From Antechinus flavipes (lineage: Eukaryota): a DNA stretch of 64,000 nucleotides. Positions 1-12,863 of the stretch are shown one piece after another (the stretch's first letter is position 1; each line of letters starts with the position of its first letter). The DNA lies in assembly GCF_016432865.1 (NCBI RefSeq), contig NC_067398.1, forward strand, positions 550,560,001-550,624,000. The letters run 5' to 3'. The translations under genes and the position numbers were made by a program. Below the pieces are notes generated by a model, which saw nothing but the letters and a program-made list of their open reading frames with translations, was not told the DNA's origin and did no database searches.

Positions 1-3000
1 GATTAGTGAATTTTCTACTTTGCTGTATAGGAAAGTTAGGTTTATTTTGTGGTTTATTTCCTGGTGTAGCAAGAGCTAAGAATGCAACATCATCAGCCCT
101 TGGATGGGAAGGGGTCAGGGGAGGAACAGTATGGTTGAAAATGATTGCTACCAACCAAGTAAATGGCATTAACATGTTATGAGGAAAGTCCTGCTAAAGA
201 AGGATAAATGAAGGATGGTAGCTGCAATATAGAATTGTGAAGGTGAGTAGGTATTTTCTTTAAAAAAAAAAAAAAGAAAGAAAAGAAAAGAAAAATAGGG
301 AGACTCATGAGGGAGAAAAAGAATTAGTAAAAGGGTTGGACAAACCTAAAACTTGAAAACTTACTAGGAAAAATAGTATTTTTAGACCACAACACATAAC
401 ACATTCAAAGTGGAGAGTAGGCTATAGTCTTACTGCATAATTTTCCATATCAGAAGCAGTATTTTACATAAGTTATCTAAAATTCCATTCTTTAAAGAAA
501 AGCCTAGCAATTTAAAAATATGTAGCTGTTTGAGTCATTTTATAGCATTTAAAAGATAAACAGTATTCTAGGTACAAGGCCAGAAATAATGAATTCCAAT
601 TCTGGGTTTTTACAGCTCTTATCTTCATGAGTCTCTACCCTTCTTTAGCTGCCGAAATTTTACTTTGGCCTAAAATCGTGGAATTGGCTCCATACATTAC
701 CATCAATTTCTTAGGCCACCAACCTACAATTAATTCCACTTGCAATTTACCTTCTTCCAGAATGAAGACTGGGACTGGTAGTAACGCCCTTCTTGGGGAC
801 AGCCTCAGTGCATACTTCAAAGAATAACCACAAAAAAACAGCCAAAACTCAATAAGCTATAAAAACAGGTACTTTATTAACAAGGAATTATTTCTATTCG
901 GGGGAAGTGGGAGGGGGCAAAAATAAAATAGGATAAATAAATACACTATCTTTTAACTATGAAAAAGAAGGTGGAAGAAATTGCTCTTAGCAAAGAAATA
1001 GAATTTAAAAATCAGAATATACAAGTTACTCTTTATATCTTACAAATCCTTCTAATGTAGCATAGCAATTCTTCCAAGAAATGTTTGAATCCCCAGCTAT
1101 ATTAGTAATAACAAAAGTTCCTTGAACTGTCTGTTATTACTCTGTGTGAATGATTTGTGATTCCTCATCATAACCTAATAATTATAAATTCAAATTCTTA
1201 ATACATGATTATGAATCTGGTAAAGTGCTTATGGCATCTTAACTGTAGCAAGGGCTGTCTCTGCCTCCTTTGCACCACAAAGGATGCTTGTTTTATGGCT
1301 GTCCACAGAGGGATTTTGATCAGGGCCACTAATGAAGATTACATTATATGTTTCTTAATGGTTCAAGGTGATTGTAATGGCTAAGATTTTATTCCTTCAG
1401 GAAAAATAAGCTCCCTCTTATTTGTTTGCTGTTAATATTCCAGTGCAATTTGTGTTCCTACTTGATTTGGATTCTCAGGATGTTTAATTGAATGTACAAG
1501 ATTGATCTTACATTATATTAAACTGGAAAAAATGAGACTAGAGATTTGAATACATCTAATAAAGACAGTTGATTCTAAACTTTAAGAGATAAGATGATTA
1601 GATTAGTCTGTTTAGTGTTTGGTTGAATGTATAATATTGATCTTTTATTGAACAAGAATAAATTAGTCTTTAATATATGAATGTCAAACTATAATAGGTG
1701 CTTCTCAAATTTAAAAAGTACTATGATTATAGGTAGTCTTTTTGGTTAATGTTCTTAAACCTTTATGCTTTACTTAAATGAGATTTTTTTGGAGGGTAAG
1801 TGGGAGGAGAATGGAGACTGACTCCATTTATCAATTACTAGAAAATTTTCACAAGTCTTTAAATATTAATATATTTTCCCTTAAGCATTTAAAAGTGGTA
1901 AGGAACAGGAAACCCAATAGGGACATGTCCTAATTATGTATAAAATATTTTGAGCACTTTGGGGCAGTATCTGAGGCATTTCTTCCAGACCAGGCAAGTA
2001 ATGTTTAATTATTGTCTAGTCATACCTCTTAGAAATTATAATTTCTGTCCTTAGTAGATTACTTATTTTTTGTAATCTGGTCTATTGTAAAGCTCTTATG
2101 TACATACTAAATTTAAAAAAAAATTTTTTTAATTGGCAATAAGAATTAAAGATTAAGGAACTAATGTCAATTCACATATTTACTTTTAAAAGTTGCAACT
2201 ACATTTTCTTAAAATTTCAGCTGAATACTTTTTAAAGTATTTTTTTCCTCTGAAAATGAATTAAAAATTGGGATTACTTAAAATTTGTCTAAAAAAATAC
2301 CCAACTTTTAAAAGTGGAATATGCATATATGTGAAATTTGTTGTATAGAGTTAGATGAATGTTTTTCTCTGATATCTGTTATCTTTGACAAGATTTTAAA
2401 ACTTATTAAAATTAAAATAAATTTGCTATTAGGATCTTTAGGAAATGTTTGGAAAGATTTTTAACACAGTCTTGTCTTTAGTAAAGCAAAATAATTATCA
2501 GAAAATGTTCATGTTAAAACATTGATGTCTGCAAAGAAGATAGGGAATTCTTAATTTGTCAGTGCTGTTGTACCTATGTTAGAAATGAACATTTAAAAAA
2601 TTTCTTGTTTTGCATTATTTGACATTCTTTTTTTAGATTTCTGAAGAATTTAAATGTATTTGAAGAGGGCACAGACTTTTTTTTACTTGAGACTGAAATT
2701 ACTATTATTACTTTTTTTTTTTTTTGTATAAAATTTATACCATCTATGGTTTTGTATTTCTAGTGCCATGGCAGTATGAAAGTTTTCTATATTAAAAGTA
2801 TTTTTAAAATACTATAAACATAGTAGGGAGGGGAGGGGTTCTGAGTCCAGAAATTTCCTTGTAACAATTTGGAGGTGGTACCCTTTTATAGGCTAAATCT
2901 TGTGTAATGTGATTATGACATAATGCTTTAAAAAAAAATTAAGCTAATATTACCAGTACTTATACGTCCAAATGAATGTTGACCTTTAATCATCTTGTTA

Positions 3001-3489
3001 TAAGCTGTACTTTTATTCCAGTAATGCTATTCTTTCTCAAAGTGTTTTTAAAATTACCTTTGTAATTCCCTTCAGAGTATATTCTTTGGACCATATGATA
3101 GTGGTAAATCTTGCCACTTAACTTTCTTTGGGATGGTTTTCTAGGACATAAAAGTAATTCTTTCAGTTGAATTAGAAATGTATTTTGAGCAGTGGCAGCA
3201 TAATAATACTAACCCATACATGATAGGGAGTTGGAAGGTTTTCAGAGTGAAATAGTGGGGTAGTACTAGAAGTTACTTTTGTTTTAACAGGTGAGGCCAG
3301 CTAGAGATTGATGGAGTAGAAATTCATATGTCTGCTGACTCCACGAACTGAACTCTTTGTATACTGGAAATTTTGTCATTGGAATCAATGTTTGCTTATT
3401 TGTATATAAAGTGGTGATTACCAAAATGTATAACATTCTATTTTTTTGAAAATCAATTGTAATACTAATTATCTTCTTGTATTTTACAG

Positions 3490-3512
3490 GTATAGCCTTC
3501 ACAGATCTACCG
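3490..3512 (+). CDS. RANBP9: RANBP9 internal micro-exon (23 nt, ~exon 5), SPRY domain: (G)IAFTDLP
   Basis: ttttacag|GT ATA GCC TTC ACA GAT CTA CCG|gtaaga; joins in frame to 6913; peptide matches RANBP9 SPRY GIAFTDLPPNLYP. Confidence 0.93.
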
Positions 3513-6098
3513 GTAAGATATAACTCTTTTTAGAATATATTTTGCATCTTAGTTTGTATATATAAAAGTGTAATAGAAAAAATATAAATTTTTTTTAACA
3601 ATTGTTTTTGTTGGAGATTCTCTCCCTTTTTTCCCACCTCACCACTTTTTTAAGAAGGCACATATAAAGTTATGTATAGACCTTCTATGATAGGAGTTAA
3701 ATTGGTATATCTAGTTTTATGGTTTTTTCATTTGTTGTAAATTAACCCATGTAGAGATTTTTTTTTAATTTTATTTATTTAATTTTGAAAAATTAAAAAT
3801 TTTTACCTTTAATGGTACTGAGATTTTTTTTTTTTTATGTTGTACATAATTTTTAATTACTACCTGCTTTTAAAGATTTTTGCCTTTGAATTATGTCTGT
3901 AGTAGACTAAAGCCTTAGCGGCTATCTGATTTTTGGTTTATCTTGTTGCTAAACCTATAGAACAAGTTATAGTAGAACAGACCACATTTTATTTGCTAAA
4001 TAACTCTCTTCAAGCAGCATGGAAAAAAAGTTGAGAAAGTCCATCTCCTTTTGTCCATTTTTTGATAATTTGTTATTGCTATTGGTTTCTCTCCTGCTTT
4101 TCAATTACTAAGTTATTTTCTTTCTGTCATTAAGCTGGGTTATGTAGTATGAATCCAGCCCTATTGGTCAGCTAAGCTTTTGTTTTGTAAGATTTCCTGT
4201 TTTATATATCACAGCCACAAAGGCCTGTGAACAGCTTGTCATATTTTTGCAGTAGGAGCTGTTTACTCTTTACCACACAAGATGAATATGACAGATCAGA
4301 TCAGATTTGCTGCTGGGCAAATTTTGGGGAAACAGCATTAATAGAGTTTATTTGTGTCACTGATCTGGCTCCCACAGAAAACAACCAAAAAAATTAAATG
4401 ACCTATATCTAAAAGTTCTAATGAGTGGACACATATCATTTCCTTTATAGAATAAAACTGTTATTTTAAAAAATTAACTTGAATTCTTTACTTATAGCGT
4501 ATTTGAATTAGTTTTCTTCTAGACTGTAGATTAAAGGAGATTTTCAGTATATTTAATATTTCAAAAGAAATAAAAGTTCTAAAAGTTTTTGTCTAATTTT
4601 CTACTGTGCATTATGAAAGGTCTATAAAAGGGCTCTCATTTCTACTTCACTGCAGGCAATGAACTAGTTGTTAGCAACCTACTTAATCCTATCTCAGACA
4701 TTTCAAATCAATCCCTGTTATTTTCAGGAAGTAATTTTAATTTTCCCTTCCCCAATAAATTTTTTTTTTTTACTATAATAATTGATTATACACTCAAATC
4801 ATTCATTTATTTTATATGAACTTTTGTTCATTAAGTTTGTTTCATTTTATCATTGATTCAGATGATTTTACATTGAAAAACTAACTATATTTTGAAGTTT
4901 GAATTTATGTTGTTGTTAGTATTCTCGAAGTTTGCTATAAGTACTAATTCGTTAGAACAATAAATTTTGTTAGTGTTCAATTACTATATTTTACAAATAG
5001 CCCTGGCTGTTTTGGGGGGACTGTCTTTTATAACTTTTATGATAGAATTCATATGTTGATAAATTTTATTATAGAATAAGTATTTGTCTTTTTAAAAAGA
5101 TAAATTTAAAAAGATGTATTGCTTCTAATAAGAAATGTTTTCTCTAAGCTTCAAGATTACTTATTAAGCAAAATAAAGGTGTTCTAGTAGTTCTCTCAAG
5201 ATTTTTTCAAATATACAAGTATGTTTCTATTGAATCAGGAAGAGTGTTAAATATACAAACAACATTTTGGGTTTTTTTGTTTTTGTTTTTTTTACTTATA
5301 CATTCTCTAAAGAGAATTTTAGAGAATTCAATAGTTTGTTTTCTGTGGGGAGTTTTTGTTGCTATAGTATATATTGAAAAAATAATTTTTTTAATCGTCT
5401 CTAATTTCCTTTAGTGAATGTGTATCAGTGAAGGGCTTAATCTGTGTGCCCTAATGTCAAGTATTCATGCTATTATTATTTAACATATAATTGAATAGCA
5501 CTTCATACCTTTCATAGTACTTTTATGTACACTCCCTAATTAGATCTTCATAAAAACCTGTGTGAAATATGTGAGGCCAATATCACGAATCAGAGAGTTG
5601 TTATTTGCCAATGAAAAATCCAGGACTACTAAAGTACTCTTTACACAATACAATCATCTTTTTTTTTGTACCCTTCACAAGTTTTAGAGGTCTATTACTG
5701 AAGTTGAATAATTTTCATTAAACATTTTGGTACTTAGGGTTACTAAACTTTATAATATTTGCTCTTGGGTTTCAGTCAATTCAAGCATTTATTAAATGCC
5801 TACCTATTTGCTAGGCATTCTAATCCATCTTCCTTTTTGAGGTGTGTGAATATGTATTGTGTGTTTTGTTCAGATGTATTCCTAAATATAGGCATTCCTC
5901 ACTTTTTATAGTTTGATACTTCAACATTGCCTAAAGATTCTATATGAACATCTCCTTTACCTTTTAACTTGATAGTTTCTGTTAAGAGACCAAATAGATG
6001 AAGATAGCATCATCACTGTTAGATGTACAGTTAGGATTTCACATTAACATACTATAAAGGTACAAATCTATAAGAAAGTATGTAAAAGGTGGGAATGA

Positions 6099-6402
6099 GC
6101 CAAGTGCAGTTGCACACATCAGTAATCCTTGGTACCTGTGAATGAAATCGAGGCTAGTAACTGTTGAATTTGGAAGTTCTGAACTGCAGTGGGTTAAGCT
6201 GATTGAGTATTTGCACTAAGTGCAGCATTAAAATGGTACACCTTCTGCATGTGCAGGGGATGGGGTGGGGTGGAGAAGAGTGAGAATGATAGAACCCAGG
6301 ATGCCTCAAAAGGGGTGAATAGGCTCTGGACAGAAACAAAGCAGAAAGTCAATGCCCACTTCTAATCTGGGTGAAGTAGGGAGACTTAATCTTAAAAATA
6401 AA
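6099..6402 (+). pseudogene. 7SL (SRP) RNA-derived retrocopy / 7SL-derived SINE
   Basis: Colinear decayed match to 7SL (gccaagtgcagttgcac...gcactaagtgcagcatt...aaaggggtgaa...gagac) plus A-rich tail. Confidence 0.8.
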
Positions 6403-6912
6403 GTGGAATTTGCTCATGTAAGTGTCCATGAATATTTCTAGACTTAAATAATCATAATTGCAGATCACATTTGTATAGACCTTTAACATTTGTAAAGTGC
6501 TTTATATACATTATTTCATTTGTATATTAACATGCATAGTTTCCTTAAAGACAGAAATGGCCTTTTCATATTATATAATGCTGTAGATATACTTAAATGC
6601 TCAAATGGTTTCTGATGGTTCAGAAAGATGTATGTTTAGAGACAATTTTGTGGAGGAAAACTTTGCTAACTTTTTGTGTAACTGATTTTTCTTGCCTTTT
6701 ACATTGTCTATATATTTCTTATGATGATTGTCATCATAATTTTAGATAGTCTTTTCTAATTGGTTTTAGGTAGTCTATGTAAATAAATAAATGTAAACCC
6801 AACTACATTTGTTTAGTGAAGAAATGTTGCTACTTCTTTTTAAGAAAGAATTTTTAAAAGTTATAGTATTAGGAAAACAATTAACAGAATGAATATATTG
6901 TCTGTCTTACAG

Positions 6913-7097
6913 CCAAATTTGTATCCGACTGTGGGGCTACAGACACCAGGAGAAGTGGTAGATGCCAATTTTGGGCAACATCCATTTGTGTTTGATATAG
7001 AAGACTATATGCGAGAATGGAGAACCAAAATACAGGCACAAATAGACCGGTTTCCCATTGGTGATAGAGAAGGAGAATGGCAGACCATGATACAAAA
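6913..7097 (+). CDS. RANBP9: RANBP9 exon (~6, 185 nt): [61 protein letters not shown](K)
   Basis: cttacag acceptor, AA|gtaaga donor; ORF 6889..7101; end of the SPRY domain of RANBP9/RANBP10, sequence matches RANBP9. Confidence 0.97.
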
Positions 7098-7280
7098 GTA
7101 AGAGTGAAGTAGTTGGAACAGTTTTCAAAAATTGCATTTTATAAAGTATTTTGACAGTTGGTATTCTTTTTGTGTTTAGAGAAAATTTTAATGTATAGTT
7201 TCTTTTATTAAGTTATAATCATCTTAACGTAATAAACTTTGAATTTCTGTCACATAATTACCTTCATTTTGAGATTAGTT

Positions 7281-7531
7281 GGGCAGCTAGGTGGCACAAT
7301 AGTGCTCGGCTTGAATTCAAGAAAACCGATCTTCCCAAATTCAAGTCTTAATCTCAGATACTTATTAACTGTGATTCTGGATGAGTCACTTAATTCTCTT
7401 TGCCTCTGTTTCCTCATCTGTAAAATGAGCTGGAGAAGGAAATGGCAAATCACTCCAGTGTCTTTGCCAAGAAAACCCCCTAATGAGCTCACAAAGAGCC
7501 AGATGTAATTTTAAAAATGACTGACCAACAA
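7281..7531 (+). mobile_element. MAR1-type marsupial CORE-SINE
   Basis: gggcagctaggtggcaca head, CORE (tgcctctgtttcctcatctgtaaaatg), RTE-like tail (ccagtgtctttgccaagaaaaccc). Confidence 0.85.
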
Positions 7532-8354
7532 TTGAGACTAAAGTAAATAAAATGGATGATTGGATATAAAACTTTCACTCTGACACAGTACTTTGCCAGA
7601 GGAAACTAGACAGCTTTTTCTGGATGACATGGTAGCAGGCAATCAGAAATGACAAGTCAGATTTAGGGCCTCATATTCCTAAAGTGGGTTACATGTATGT
7701 TTTCTTAACTGCTGTTAGGTATGCCTCAATTTCATAAGTGACTGGCCAAAATGGCATTAGGAGTTGTGATTAATTTTGATTTAACTGCATGTAGAGGCAG
7801 AAGTAAAGACTCCTTCAGTTCTTCCATGACCTGAAATTGAATTTTGGCAGTGTAATCATATTACACATTTATTTGAAACTGAAAAAATATTTACTAAGAT
7901 TTTTAGTGGAGTTAATTTTCTGTTCCCTAGCAAGCTGTTACAGAATTCAAATCTGAAATTGGTAAAGTAACAAACATTATTGAATTATATATTATAATAA
8001 ATCCTTAAATACAAATAAAATTGGAGTGCAACTTGTCATTCTTAGAAGACTTTAAAAACACATGTTCTTAAATCATGTAATTGGTTATAAATGACTTATT
8101 GAAATTGTTGATATAAGAAAAATAGTAGAAGCCATTTATCATCCTCAGGATTTAATTTTATAAGATATATAGTATAGCTTTAAGAAGATATGTAAAAATA
8201 AACATGTCATTGTTAATCATACATACAAGTAGAATAATTGCTCATTTTTAGGTAGAGAATGAAGAAAATTTTAGATTGTATATTTTTTTAATTTGTAGCA
8301 ACAATAAATAGCATTCATATAGCTTTTAATGAAGCTGTTATAAGATTAGAGTCT

Positions 8355-8683
8355 TGTCAGTTACACCCAAAGAAAGAACACTGGGAAATGAATATAAACT
8401 GCTTGCATTTTTGTTTTTCTTCCCGGGTTATTTATACTTTCTGAATCCAGTTCTCCCTGTGCAACAAGAGAACTGTTCGGTTCTGCACACATATATTGTA
8501 TTTAGGATATACTGTAACCTATTTAACATGTAAAGGACTGCTTGCCATCTGGGGGAGGGGGTGGAAGAAGGGAGGGGGAAAATCGGAACAGAAGTGAATG
8601 CAAGGGATAATGCTGTAAAAAAAAATTACCCTAGCATGGGTTCTGTCAATAAAAAGTTAATCAAAAAAATAACTAAATAAATA
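8355..8683 (+). mobile_element. Young 5'-truncated L1 (3' UTR only) with perfect 13-bp TSD aagattagagtct (8342-8354 / 8684-8696)
   Basis: Marsupial L1 3' end with G-rich tract, aataaaaag and A tail; exact TSD; several CpGs retained. Confidence 0.88.
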
Positions 8684-9052
8684 AAGATTAGAGTCTAAAA
8701 GGATAGTTATATATCTGGATGCCATTAAAAGCTTATAGGTAAATAAAAATGATTTTGTTAGTTTCTGTGTTTTTTTTTTTTAAGGTCATAATTAATTACC
8801 AAGATCCCTTGGCATAATAATATAATAACTTGACATTTGTTTCCTTAAAAGTTCATACTTGTAAGAGGAAAGAAAAAGGTAATCTATTTTAGCTCTAAGG
8901 AGATATGTGTGGTTTTAATGAAATAATTTGAAAAGATTAATTGATGAAATGGTAGATAATTTTATTAGTAAAACTTTTTCTTTGGCTAATTTTCTTTATC
9001 AAGTAAGATTCACTTAATTTTTGTAAAACTTTTAGTTTACCTTAACAGGAAG

Positions 9053-9296
9053 ATAATAAGCATTTATATAATGGCTACTACGTGTCTGTGTTAGATATTT
9101 TACAAATATTATTTCATTTGATCCTCACCACAATTTATAGGAAGGTGCTGTTATTATCATCCCCATTTTACAGTTGAGGAAATGGAGACAAACAGGCTAA
9201 ATGACTAGCTTATAGCTAGTAAGTGTCTGAAGTTGGGTTTGAACTAGTTTTCTTGACTCCAGACCCAGGACTCTATCCATTATGCCACCTAGCTGC
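9053..9296 (-). mobile_element. MIR-like CORE-SINE, near full length
   Basis: ccccattttacagttgaggaaatggagac core; head ...tatgccacctagctgc. Confidence 0.85.
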
Positions 9297-9581
9297 TTCA
9301 AGAAAGCAAAGCTGGTCTTAGTATGCATTTCGTAAAAGCACTGTTTACTAATTATTTAATTAGCTGTAGATTATTCTTGTCTTTTATATTAAATTTTTTA
9401 ATGAATAATTTAATTGACTGTGTAGTTAATATAATTCAGTAATGTTTGTACTTCTACAGTGTTGATTGAGAGATTAATCACTCATCAATGACTTGTGTAC
9501 ATTTAAGTTAATAGTTTCTTTTTCAGGATTCTTAAATAATGTTATTTTGCCTTAGTTTTTATGCTTTTTTCTCCCCCACAG

Positions 9582-10840
9582 GTTACCAGTGATTTAAGTA
9601 CTAGATCTGCAATAGCTTTTTCTTAGCATTTATCTCCTAACTTTTATAACTATATATAATTTTAAATATATAAATATATAATGTATATAACTATAAAATT
9701 CTTAATTCTGTTGATCATTCCTTCCTTCTAGCCTTAGGGATCCCCCTCTACCACCCTTCTTCCCGCCCCCCCCCCCCCCCCCCCCCCCCCGCCTTTGACT
9801 TATGGCCACAACCTTTCTTTCTTGATTCTTTAATTTCTAACTGCTTTTTCATTTCTCTCCTGCCTGTGAAATATGAATGTTTCCCTGTCCTTGAATTGGG
9901 CCCTCTTTGCCCACTCATTTATTCATGTTCTTTATTCTCTCTTAGACATCTCATTAGGTCTCATGCATTTAATTTTTTCTGGCAAGTGACTTGTTTACAT
10001 ATCAAGACCATACCGCTATCTTCACTTTTAGCCCTACATCTGTAGGTGCAAGTGCCTTTTTGGGGAAGTTTATCTGCTGTTTCATCAGTACTTGATACTC
10101 AACATGTCCAAAATCTGAACTTCAATCTCCTTCCTAAAGCTTACCCCTGTTCTAAACTTTTCCATTTGTCTTAATAACATCATCTGTCTTTTTGTTTGCA
10201 TTCACCCAATCACAATCTTCATTCAGGCCCTCATAACTACTTGACTGGACTGTAGAATTAGCCAGGAAATTGGCCTTCTTGTGTTCATTGCTGCTTCTTT
10301 ATCAATACATCCTTATAATTGCCAAAATAAATTTTCTAAGACACAAGTACTGTATAAAATGCAAACTTTCAGACTGGCTGCCATTGAAGTCTATATCAAC
10401 CTGCCATTTCAGCTGCATAAATCTCCATATATTTTTCTAGTTTATCTGATCCTCAAACTTGATGTTACATCTGAGATCTGTATGTCTTTCCTAAGCTTAG
10501 AGTGTATTTTTTTCTCATTTATAACTTTCAGGTTCTTGGATTTGCTTGTGCTTGACAATCAGCCCAACTTAGATGCCACATTTCTGATATACTCTTCCTC
10601 ATTCTCTTCTACTTGCTCCTAATTTAAAGTGTTTTCTTCATCAAATAGTTCCATGATACTTTGTCTGGATCTCTCCTTTGCTTCTATCACTCACTACCTT
10701 GTATTATTTATATACTTATGTGTACACATATCCCATCCTCTTCAGCAGAATATCTTTGAAGTCAGGGGCTGTTTTGTTTTTGGAATTTGTGTATCACTCA
10801 TCACAGTATGTATTTTGCATATAGGAACTTAAAAAATGTT
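9582..10840 (+). mobile_element. L2 remnant (approximate bounds)
   Basis: Pyrimidine-rich decayed L2 3' region pattern. Confidence 0.6.
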
Positions 10841-11004
10841 AAATGGGATTCAATTATTCCTTCACTCCCAATGACATCTTAGCTAATCACAGGGTAGAAG
10901 CAGCCACCTTTGCATATATACATTTTGAATATACTCATATAGAATTTGGGGGAAGAGTATGGTCATTGGGAATGAGGAAAAAAGAAGCAAAAAGATAATC
11001 ATAG

Positions 11005-11175
11005 TTTAATGGAAGAAATTTTGAACTTGGAGTCCGAAGGCCTAGGTTTGAATCATGGCTCATGTGGAAGTGATTTGTGTGACCTTTAGCAAAGTCTTTC
11101 ACTTCTTTGGGCCTCAGTTCTCTTATTTGTAAAGAAATGAAAATGGAAATGATGACTTTCTAGGTCCCTTCTATG
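11005..11175 (+). mobile_element. MIR fragment
   Basis: gggcctcagttctcttatttgtaaa core. Confidence 0.65.
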
Positions 11176-11439
11176 ACCCTATGAAATCTATGATCCTGTG
11201 AAAGGAACAAACATTTATGCCTATAAGATCTCTAGTAAGTAGCAATCTAAGCATGTTTAAGCTTTGGAATATTTTTTTTTCTTTTAGAAAAAAACATATA
11301 TAGAGGTATGACACTTGATTTTTTAGAAATCTGAAGAAATCTGTTATGTTCCTATATTCCTAAGAAATACTTTAAACTATAAAATTAATAGACTGCAATA
11401 TATATTTATTTAATTAAGAACATGTTTATTTTTTTAAAG

Positions 11440-11552
11440 AATGGTTTCGTCTTACTTAGTACATCATGGGTACTGTGCTACAGCAGAAGCATTTGCCAGA
11501 TCTACAGACCAGACCGTACTAGAAGAATTAGCTTCAATTAAGAATAGACAAA
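11440..11552 (+). CDS. RANBP9: RANBP9 exon (~7, 113 nt), LisH: [37 protein letters not shown]
   Basis: tttttaaag acceptor, A|gtaaga donor; phase 2 in, phase 1 out, consistent with neighbouring exons. Confidence 0.97.
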
Positions 11553-12749
11553 GTAAGAACTCAGTGCAATATGATTAATGTATTTTATGTAAAATTGAAG
11601 TTTCATTTCTAATGCTTTTCATTTTAAAATGTTTGTATGATTTTAAAATTATTGTAGATCTACAAAATTCATTCTAATAAAATTTTTGATGGTCAACTTC
11701 AAATAGAATAAATAATAAGAAAGCACTATCATAGAATTTTACATATTGATTTTTAAAAATGTAAAAAATTTTGATTAGAAATGTCTTCCTGATTGATAGC
11801 TAAATGCCTTTGTGCTTATTTAGAAGAAATTAAAATCATGTTCTCTTAACTTTGAAACCAAACTGTTCTTATATAGAAGATATTTGAAATAAAAATGATT
11901 TAAATAATTAATGGGGACTCATGCTAACGAGACTAACTAAGGTTGTTAGACCTGCTGCTGTAGTGGCAAATTAATTTGACTATGGTAGTCATGAACTATA
12001 TCAGAATTTGTTTTTTTGATCACAAATATAATAAGATAATAAGAATATACTTATTGCTTTTGAAAAAACTTCTTAATTTAAAATTATATTCATATGTAAG
12101 GCTTGATCTTATTTTTTTGGACAAGAATCAGAGATTAGGAATGAAAGCCCAATAAAGAATTTTTTACATGATTATTTATTATATTGAATTATATTCAATA
12201 TAATTTATTATATTGAAACTGCAGTATTTACTTAGCTTTTTTCCATAATTTTTTGTACTTTACTCTGTATTATTGAGCACAGACATTTGAGTTTGTTCAT
12301 TTTATTATGTGAACATACCAAACATAGTAGTGCTTTGATTGGTGTTATTTCAAAATAACATCATTTATAACATCATTATAACCAAAAGGTGCTATAATGT
12401 TAATTTAAGACATAGATTTTTGGGAGACTCAGCCCTAGTATGATTAAATTGCCTTAATATTAGTTTGCTTACTAAATATTCAAAACATTTTTTGTTATAA
12501 TTTAATTTTCCTCCATTTATGTTGTTTATGCCTAAAATTATGTTTTTTAAAGAGAACCACTTAGGTATTTTTATTTATGGCATATCTATAATCTAAAATG
12601 TGACTTCTCATTTCTGAGATCAAGGCTTTCAAGAGAGAAATATAAATTTATTGCTGTGAGTAAATAATGAACAATTACAGGAAACTTTTAGGTACTTTAT
12701 TCTTTTAGTTTTTTTTTTTTTAAGTTAACTTTCTACTTTATTTTAATGA

Positions 12750-12863
<114 letters not shown>

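Noticed and set aside
3344-3356. 12-mer cgaactgaactc shared with ~17449
   Set aside because: A single short match in 64 kb with unrelated flanks; compatible with chance or SINE-tail decay
7700-7724. Second AG|GT juxtaposition (ctgttag|gtatgc)
   Set aside because: Short, interrupted pyrimidine tract; expected by chance in a long intron
9561-9600. Strong-looking acceptor tttttctcccccacag at 9581
   Set aside because: Leads into L2-derived sequence with a stop after 4 codons and no matching donor; probably a decoy
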